Assembly (NCBI GenBank): GCA_964606485.1
Contig: CAZSGP010000004.1
Coordinates: 230,376-294,375 of the forward strand
Length of the DNA: 64,000 bases
Source of the DNA: an uncultured Planctomycetia bacterium
Lineage (GTDB): Bacteria > Omnitrophota > Gorgyraeia > 2-02-FULL-51-18
Reading direction: 5' to 3'
The notes under the pieces are model-generated. The model did no database searches and was not told the origin of the DNA. It saw only the letters and a program-made list of their open reading frames with translations. This document shows, one piece after another, positions 58,502 through 64,000 of this stretch; position 1 is the stretch's first letter, and every line of letters begins with the position of its first letter. Both the position numbers and the translations under genes were made by a program.

Positions 58502-59956
58502 ATGAAAAAAATTGCGGTCATCGGCGGCGGAATTTCAGGGCTCGCTGCGTCCCACCAACTTCTTAAGCTTAAAAATTCCAAAAAAAACGATTTTGATTTT
58601 ACGTTGTTTGAAAGAGGCTCGCGGTTGGGGCATGCCATTCAAAGCGAATGTGTGGACGGCTTTGTTCTGGAAAAAGGACCCGACGCCTTTGTTTCGGAGA
58701 AGCCCTGGGCGCTTGATCTTGTCAAAGAATTGGGCCTCGAAAGCCGCCTCATCAGCACGAGTGCCCAAAACCGGAAAAGTTTTATTCTTCAAAAAAAGCG
58801 CCTGGTTCCGCTCCCGGCCGGATTTTATTTGATCGCGCCGACTGATCTCAAAACATTTTTTAAAACGCCACTTTTTTCGCTCTCCGGAAAATTGCGCATG
58901 ATATTCGAGTTGTTTGTTCCAAAGCGTGACGACCGGTCCGACGAAAGCGTGGGTTCGTTTATTCGCAGAAGATTCGGTGTCGAGGCGCTAGACCGCGTGG
59001 GACAGGCGATGATTGCCGGCGTTTACACCGGCGACCCTGAAAAATTAAGCCTTTCAGCGACGATGCCAAAATTTCAGACGCTCGAACGCGAGCATGGCAG
59101 TGTGATCCGCGGGCTATTAAAAAAGAAAGTGTCTCAATCAAAAACCGCGAGCGGTCCGCGCTATAGCCTCTTTCTTTCATTTAAAAACGGCATGCAGGAA
59201 CTCACCGATGCGTTAGCAAAGTCCATTCCTTCCGAAAAAATGAAGTGCAATTCCAAAATAATTTCAGCGAGTTTCAGCGAAGAAACCAAAAATTGGTTGA
59301 TCGAATTTGAAAACGGAACCACAGAAAATTTTGACGCGGTTATTTTCACAACGCCCGCGTTTAAAACGTCGGACATCTTGCGTAGGGGCGCAATTCATTG
59401 CGCCCAAGATCAGGGCGTGATAAATCACGCCCCTACAATCGATTTATGTAATCTATTAAATCAAATCTCTTACGAATCTGTCGCAACCTTGAATTTCATT
59501 TATAAAAAATCCCAAATCACGCATCCGCTCGATGGGTTTGGATTCGTCGTGCCGCGCATCGAAAATTCCAATTTAGTAGCCTGCAGTTTTTCGAGTCAAA
59601 AATTTCCGGGCCGCGCTCCGGAGGGAAGTGTGCTTCTTCGCGCATTTGTCGGGGGTGTTTTTGGACACGCGGTCTATGCAAAGCCCGATGCCGATTTGCG
59701 GCGCTCGGTCGAGGAGGAGCTCGCTCAAATTTTGGGAATTTCTGGAAAGCCCTTAAAAAGTGACCTTAATCGCTACCCCGGCGCAATGGTGCAGTACGCT
59801 CTAGGTCATTTGGAGCGGGTGTCTCAAATAGAACAAGCTACTGGGCAGCTAAAGGGTTTGTATCTCACCGGCTCCTCCTACCGGGGGGTGGGCATTCCGG
59901 ACTGCATTCATGATGCTCAATTAATGGCAGAGCAAGCTTGCAATTTTAAGCCTTAG
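58502..59956 (+). CDS. hemY: Protoporphyrinogen/coproporphyrinogen oxidase (HemY-type FAD amine-oxidase fold)
   Basis: Start moved to the internal ATG at 58502 (MKKIAVIGGGISGLAAS, a GxGxxG FAD motif) with AAGG 9 nt upstream. The track's 58427 start would overlap hemH. About 484 aa, typical for HemY. Confidence 0.8.
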   Translation: MKKIAVIGGGISGLAASHQLLKLKNSKKNDFDFTLFERGSRLGHAIQSECVDGFVLEKGPDAFVSEKPWALDLVKELGLESRLISTSAQNRKSFILQKKRLVPLPAGFYLIAPTDLKTFFKTPLFSLSGKLRMIFELFVPKRDDRSDESVGSFIRRRFGVEALDRVGQAMIAGVYTGDPEKLSLSATMPKFQTLEREHGSVIRGLLKKKVSQSKTASGPRYSLFLSFKNGMQELTDALAKSIPSEKMKCNSKIISASFSEETKNWLIEFENGTTENFDAVIFTTPAFKTSDILRRGAIHCAQDQGVINHAPTIDLCNLLNQISYESVATLNFIYKKSQITHPLDGFGFVVPRIENSNLVACSFSSQKFPGRAPEGSVLLRAFVGGVFGHAVYAKPDADLRRSVEEELAQILGISGKPLKSDLNRYPGAMVQYALGHLERVSQIEQATGQLKGLYLTGSSYRGVGIPDCIHDAQLMAEQACNFKP

Positions 59957-59965
59957 TGATATAAT
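59938..59965 (+). promoter_or_regulatory. Candidate promoter for the acyl-CoA dehydrogenase gene (TTGCAA-N16-TGaTATAAT)
   Basis: TTGCAA at 59938-59943 and extended -10 tgaTATAAT at 59957-59965, straddling the hemY stop codon. Confidence 0.35.
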
Positions 59966-60009
59966 TTAATTAATATTAATCAATAATAAGCACTAAAGAT
60001 GGTGCCAGA

Positions 60010-60031
60010 GGGGCCGGACCCCTCCGGCCCC
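60010..60031 (+). promoter_or_regulatory. 9-bp GC hairpin in the 5' leader of the acyl-CoA dehydrogenase gene
   Basis: ggggccgga cccc tccggcccc. No U-tract follows. GGAGGAG SD at 60037-60043 and ATG at 60050. Confidence 0.3.
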
Positions 60032-60049
60032 GTAGCGGAGGAGTAAATT

Positions 60050-61885
60050 ATGGAACTGCTCAAGGGTAAAGAGAACGCCGAGAAAGCCAAATCGCTGGAT
60101 GTTGCCGAGTCGGCACGCGAAGTCAACTGGACTTATCCTAGTTTCGTGGGAGATCTTTTTACCGGCCGTGTGCGCTGGGATCTCATTTTTCCGTTTCCTG
60201 CCCAATCCGCTGAAGACAAAAAAATTGGCGATGAATTTTTGGTGCGCCTTGAAAATTTTTTAAAAGAAAACGTCGATGCCAATGCCATCGATCGTGAAGG
60301 ACTGATTCCTGATAGCGTCATGAAGGGCCTTGCCGAACTCGGCTGTTTCGGTTTAAAAATCCCCAAAGAGTACGGCGGGCTTGGACTCTCGCAGGTCAAT
60401 TACAACCGTGCGGTTGCGATGGTGGCCAGTCACTGCGGTTCGACGGCTGTGCTTTTGTCCGCGCATCAAAGCATCGGCGTGCCGCAGCCGCTTAAAATGT
60501 TAGGTACCCCCGAACAAAAGAAAAAGTATTTGCCGCTATTTGCCAAAGGAGCTATTTCCGCATTTGCACTCACTGAGCCGGAAGCCGGGTCTGACCCCGC
60601 GAAAATGGTGACGACGGCTACCCCGATTGAAAACGGCGATTTCTATCTCATTAACGGCGAAAAACTCTGGTGCACCAACGGTAATATTGCCGACGTGCTC
60701 GTTGTGATGGCCAAAACCCCTCCGATCATCGTGAAGGGAAAAGAAAAACAGCAAATCACAGCGTTTATTGTCGAAAAAAATATGCCCGGATTTGAAGTGG
60801 CGCACCGCTGCCATTTTATGGGCTTAAAAGGAATTCAAAATGGACTTCTGCGATTTAAAAATGTGAAAGTGCCGAAAGAAAATATTATTGTCGGACCGGG
60901 ACAAGGGTTGAAACTAGCGCTCGCAACACTCAACACGGGCCGTCTCACCGTGCCGGCGGCGTGTTCGGCGATGGCTAAAAAATCACTCGAAGTCGTGCGC
61001 AACTGGGGCAACAAGCGCGTGCAGTGGGGCCAGCCGGTGGGGTACCACGAATCGGTGACGTCGAAAATTTCTCTCATGACCGCGAACACGTTTGCCATGG
61101 AAGCGGTGACGTGGTTGTCGTCGGGACTAGTCGACCAAGCAAAAGTGGATATTCGTTTGGAAGCGGCTATGGCTAAACTTTTCTGCACCGAAATGTCCTG
61201 GCAGGTCGCCGACGACTGCATGCAAGTGCGCGGTGGTCGTGGGTATGAAACCGCAGATTCCTTGAAGGGACGCGGAGAAGAACCAATTCCGGCTGAGCGC
61301 TACATGCGCGACTGCCGCATCAATCGAATCATTGAAGGAACAAGCGAAATCATGCGGCTTTTTATTGCGCGCGAAGCGATGGATCCGCATTTACGCAGAA
61401 TTTTTGGACTGATGAAGGGAAAAGGAATATTCAAAACAGTGTTTCACTATGCCGGATGGCTGCCGCGGCAAATGGTTTACATTGAGCACTGGAGAGGCTA
61501 CGCTAAAAATTGCGGCTCGCTTGCTCGTCATCTTTCATTCATTGAGTCCACGAGCCACAAGTTGGCGCGCGATTTATTCTTCGCGATGGCCGTTCACCAA
61601 CAGCGTTTAGAAAAACGTCAGAATATTTTAAACCGCTACGTCAACATCGGAACCGATTTGTTTGCCATGGCGGCCGCGTGCTCGTACGCGTCGAATTTGC
61701 TCGCTCAAAATCCTGCCGACAAAACGCCGCAGGAATTAGCGGACTTATTTTGCCGTGAAGCCCGCTTGCGAATTAAACACGAGTTCAAAGCGCAGTGTGA
61801 AAATGATGATGCCATGATTTATAAAATCGGGCGCAATATGTTGGACGGAAAATACACGTGGCTCGAAAATGGAATCGTTAAATAA
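60050..61885 (+). CDS. Acyl-CoA dehydrogenase family protein with C-terminal extension (611 aa)
   Basis: ACAD motifs TEPEAGSDPAKM, WCTNG, QVRGGRGYE, IIEGTSEIMRL. About 200 extra C-terminal residues, as in long ACADs. Confidence 0.85.
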   Translation: MELLKGKENAEKAKSLDVAESAREVNWTYPSFVGDLFTGRVRWDLIFPFPAQSAEDKKIGDEFLVRLENFLKENVDANAIDREGLIPDSVMKGLAELGCFGLKIPKEYGGLGLSQVNYNRAVAMVASHCGSTAVLLSAHQSIGVPQPLKMLGTPEQKKKYLPLFAKGAISAFALTEPEAGSDPAKMVTTATPIENGDFYLINGEKLWCTNGNIADVLVVMAKTPPIIVKGKEKQQITAFIVEKNMPGFEVAHRCHFMGLKGIQNGLLRFKNVKVPKENIIVGPGQGLKLALATLNTGRLTVPAACSAMAKKSLEVVRNWGNKRVQWGQPVGYHESVTSKISLMTANTFAMEAVTWLSSGLVDQAKVDIRLEAAMAKLFCTEMSWQVADDCMQVRGGRGYETADSLKGRGEEPIPAERYMRDCRINRIIEGTSEIMRLFIAREAMDPHLRRIFGLMKGKGIFKTVFHYAGWLPRQMVYIEHWRGYAKNCGSLARHLSFIESTSHKLARDLFFAMAVHQQRLEKRQNILNRYVNIGTDLFAMAAACSYASNLLAQNPADKTPQELADLFCREARLRIKHEFKAQCENDDAMIYKIGRNMLDGKYTWLENGIVK

Positions 61886-62609
61886 AAAAATTCTCATCAT
61901 CGACGATAATCCGGAATACGTTGAACTTCTCCGGTCCATTCTTTCTTCGCGCGGATACGAAGTAAAAGACGCGCACGACGGTTTGGACGGCCTCGAGAAA
62001 CTCAAAAAATACACACCGGATCTCATCATCCTCGACATCAACATGCCGCGCATGGATGGAATGGAGTTTTACAAAAGAATCCGCACGCGTTTCGGTAGAA
62101 CCAAGTACCCGGTGCTTGTGTCGACGGCACGTCAGGAACTCGGCGAAATGTTTAAAGAAATTTCAGCCGACGGATTTTTACCCAAGCCTTTTAAAATCGA
62201 AGAGCTGCTCAATGAAGTAGGCTTGATCATTCGCGGCGACCGGAATCCGCTCGTGTGTCTACTCGCCATGCCGTCTCATCCAAAAGTGCAGGAGCTTCAA
62301 AAAATGTTTCTGCAGGAGCGCTACCGCGTGTCAATCATCGAAGATACCAGTCTCTTAAAAGAAAAATTAAAAAATCACATTCCTCAAATCATTGTCATGG
62401 AGTTTGTTCAAAAATCCATGGATGCGGTCGAAATGATTCAAGAGTTGCGAAAAGGTCCGCCACTGTCGCTGGTGCCTATTGTGGTCTACTCCCATTCGGG
62501 GTTTCCAGGACTCCGAGAAAAAGCGCTCACCGCGGGCGCCGACACTTTTGTCGAAAACCCATCTAACTTTGGAGAATTTTTTCACGCGATTAATCTTATC
62601 GCCAAGTAA
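61869..62609 (+). CDS. CheY-like response regulator with receiver plus degenerate pseudo-receiver domain, no recognisable output domain
   Basis: REC1: ILIIDDNPE...DLIILDINMPRMDG...VLVSTAR...LPKPF. REC2 has Glu in place of the acceptor Asp (QIIVMEF) and lacks the DD pair. 17-nt overlap with the upstream ACAD gene. Confidence 0.8.
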   Translation: MESLNKKILIIDDNPEYVELLRSILSSRGYEVKDAHDGLDGLEKLKKYTPDLIILDINMPRMDGMEFYKRIRTRFGRTKYPVLVSTARQELGEMFKEISADGFLPKPFKIEELLNEVGLIIRGDRNPLVCLLAMPSHPKVQELQKMFLQERYRVSIIEDTSLLKEKLKNHIPQIIVMEFVQKSMDAVEMIQELRKGPPLSLVPIVVYSHSGFPGLREKALTAGADTFVENPSNFGEFFHAINLIAK

Positions 62610-62620
62610 AGCGATAGTCT

Positions 62621-62657
62621 GTCATTGCGAGGAGGCCGCAGCCGACGAAGCAATCTC
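62621..62657. repeat. Left inverted repeat flanking the GIY-YIG gene
   Basis: gtcattgcgag-(15 nt)-gaagcaatctc. Its 11-nt ends equal the ends of the reverse complement of 62976-63003. Confidence 0.5.
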
Positions 62658-62676
62658 GGTTTTATGGGCAGGATAA

Positions 62677-62964
62677 ATGAGTAAAAATTATTACGTTTAC
62701 ATGATAACCAATAAATCTAATACGGTTATCTATGCAGGGGTCTCTAGCGATCTAAAGAAGCGAGTGTACGAGCATAAGTCGAAGCTCGTGAAAGGATTTA
62801 CGAGTAAGTATCATGTGGAAAAATTAGTCTGGTATGAAACGTGTGACGACTCCTACCAAGCCATCACTCGGGAAAGGCAGATTAAGGCGGGGTCAAGGCA
62901 GAAGAAGATCGCCTTGATCGAATCCTTTAATCCGACCTGGGAAGATTTGTATGAGAAGATCTAA
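62677..62964 (+). CDS. Small GIY-YIG nuclease-domain protein (UPF0213/COG2827-like, 95 aa)
   Basis: YYVYMITNKSNTVIYAGVSSDLKKRVYEHKS carries the GIY...YIG catalytic-core signature. Conserved R and E follow (RERQIK). Confidence 0.8.
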   Translation: MSKNYYVYMITNKSNTVIYAGVSSDLKKRVYEHKSKLVKGFTSKYHVEKLVWYETCDDSYQAITRERQIKAGSRQKKIALIESFNPTWEDLYEKI

Positions 62965-62975
62965 CACTTTAGAAC

Positions 62976-63003
62976 GAGATTGCTTCGCTTCGCTCGCAAT
63001 GAC
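62976..63003. repeat. Right inverted repeat flanking the GIY-YIG gene
   Basis: gagattgcttc-gcttcg-ctcgcaatgac. Its reverse complement gtcattgcgag...gaagcaatctc matches both ends of the left repeat, 22 of 22 terminal nt. Confidence 0.5.
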
Positions 63004-63011
63004 GGGTATGT

Positions 63012-64000
63012 ATGAACCCTAAAAAACAGCTCGCATTTTTGGCATTTGTTGTTTTGTGCGGCGTGAGCCTTTCGTTCTGGCTTTTTTTCTCAATCACTCA
63101 AAAAGAAAAAAAAATTATTTCATCTGATTTTCAAACGGACGCGCAATCGCAAAGCGCGGCGTTGCGCTTGGCTGCAGAACATGAGTTAAACGACGATGTT
63201 TTAAAAAAAGGAAATTTCGCGCCCTGGGTTCAGAGCGCGCTGATTGATTTCCCGGACTCGGAACTTGATTTTTATTTCTATGACCAAATCCGCTCCGAGG
63301 GCGAGTCGCTTTTGTTGGTGCATCACGGCGCGGGGCAGGGACCGGGCCAAGGGACTCTGACACCCGAGGAAATTGGGAAAAGATCGATGATGAACACGCA
63401 TTCCACGCTCCCGTTTGGAAAGCGGCAGATTTCCGTAACGCTTTACCCATCATCTGATTTTTTTAAAAGTCGTCAACCGAGACTTGGCTGGATGGCACTC
63501 GGAACAGGAATTTTCCTCACCCTTTTAATGGCCTTGTATTTATTTGGAATGATCCGCACGCTCGAGCAAACCGTGAAAGCGCATCAAGCGCTCAAGGAAG
63601 CGCAGAGCAAGTTGATCCTCGCAGATCGTCTTGCGACACTCGGTCAAATTTCCGCCGGTGTTGCGCATGAGATGAATAGCCCCCTGGGATTTGTGGGTAA
63701 CAATTTGGAGACGCTGGAAAAATATGTGAACGATTTAGTCGTAGGGGCGAATAAAGAAAAAATCCTCTCCGACATGAAACCACTAATCTCCGAATCCCGC
63801 GATGGTCTTGATCGTGTCAAAAAAATTGTGGCCAATCTCCGCACATTTGCGCGCGCCGACGCCAAGGAATCCGTCGAGACCGTTGACTTGCACCGGGTGC
63901 TCGAAGGCGCGCTCTCCATTGCCTGGAATGAAATTAAATTTAAAGCCGAAGTGGTGCGGGAGTTTCATTTGCAATCCCACGTGCGCGTGCACACTCAGCA
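63012..64000 (+). CDS. Sensor histidine kinase, 3'-partial (runs off the window); not in the provided ORF track because no stop is reached
   Basis: ATG at 63012. TM helix LAFLAFVVLCGVSLSFWLFF. Second TM WMALGTGIFLTLLMALYLFGMI. HisKA H-box LADRLATLGQISAGVAHEMNSPLGFVGNNLE. The frame is open to nt 64000. Confidence 0.75.
   Translation, partial: MNPKKQLAFLAFVVLCGVSLSFWLFFSITQKEKKIISSDFQTDAQSQSAALRLAAEHELNDDVLKKGNFAPWVQSALIDFPDSELDFYFYDQIRSEGESLLLVHHGAGQGPGQGTLTPEEIGKRSMMNTHSTLPFGKRQISVTLYPSSDFFKSRQPRLGWMALGTGIFLTLLMALYLFGMIRTLEQTVKAHQALKEAQSKLILADRLATLGQISAGVAHEMNSPLGFVGNNLETLEKYVNDLVVGANKEKILSDMKPLISESRDGLDRVKKIVANLRTFARADAKESVETVDLHRVLEGALSIAWNEIKFKAEVVREFHLQSHVRVHTQ

Noticed and set aside
60010-60031. 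GC hairpin after hemY, considered as an intrinsic terminator
   Set aside because: No U-tract follows (gtagcgg...). It lies downstream of a plausible promoter, so it is more likely a 5'-leader structure of the ACAD gene. Kept as a low-confidence regulatory feature.
63115-63992. Minus-strand ORFs 63115..63453, 63201..63401, 63592..63783, 63644..63919 and 63783..63992
   Set aside because: They are antisense to a + strand frame that is open from 63012 to the window end and encodes TM helices plus a clear HisKA H-box. The track omits the + ORF only because it has no stop within the window.
1-64000. Checked for CRISPR arrays, tRNA/rRNA genes and transposase/integrase genes
   Set aside because: No spaced direct-repeat arrays. 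Intergenic regions are too short or AT-rich for tRNAs and none folds as a cloverleaf by eye. No DDE/tyrosine-recombinase-like ORF. The only mobile-like feature is the IR-flanked GIY-YIG cassette.

Overview
The window is dominated by two consecutive giant same-strand ORFs, which together fill about 50 kb of the 64 kb.

ORF1 (38..10561, +) is at least 3507 aa. The frame is already open from position 2 and no RBS or signal peptide is visible, so it is probably truncated at the 5' window edge. It contains an SF2 helicase/ATPase-like motif set and an HExxH motif.

ORF2 (10831..50634, +) is a single uninterrupted 13267-aa reading frame with a TTG start and an N-terminal signal peptide or anchor. It is a mosaic of modules:
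- Ig-like tandem repeats.
- Two internal lipoprotein-signal-like segments.
- A clan GH-A-like glycoside-hydrolase-like region.
- Lys/Ala/Glu-rich TolA-like coiled-coil repeat tracts.
- A clear PP2C (PPM) Ser/Thr-phosphatase domain.
- Two polytopic membrane modules.
- A CxxC...CxxC zinc ribbon.
- Pro-rich PKAEVPP repeats and a duplicated ~70-aa domain.
- A long YD/RHS-repeat region.

The two giant genes are separated by a 269-bp AT-rich spacer that carries a hairpin terminator and a sigma70-like promoter.

Downstream, all on the + strand, are:
- A translationally coupled (ATGA / TTGA overlaps) TPR lipoprotein-like gene, a VWA-domain membrane protein and a GT4 glycosyltransferase.
- A haem-biosynthesis cluster: hemD-like, hemE, hemH, and a HemY-type protoporphyrinogen/coproporphyrinogen oxidase.
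- A long acyl-CoA dehydrogenase whose 3' end overlaps a CheY-like response regulator that has a degenerate second receiver domain.
- A small GIY-YIG nuclease gene bracketed by 11+11-bp inverted repeats, sitting between the response regulator and a partial sensor histidine kinase that runs off the window end.

No rRNA, tRNA, CRISPR array or transposase was seen. All minus-strand ORFs in the track lie antisense inside these genes, many in the low-complexity repeat tracts, and look spurious.

The giant-gene architecture, together with GIY-YIG and hem genes, resembles what has been reported for Omnitrophota-like giant-gene loci. I cannot confirm taxonomy from sequence alone.
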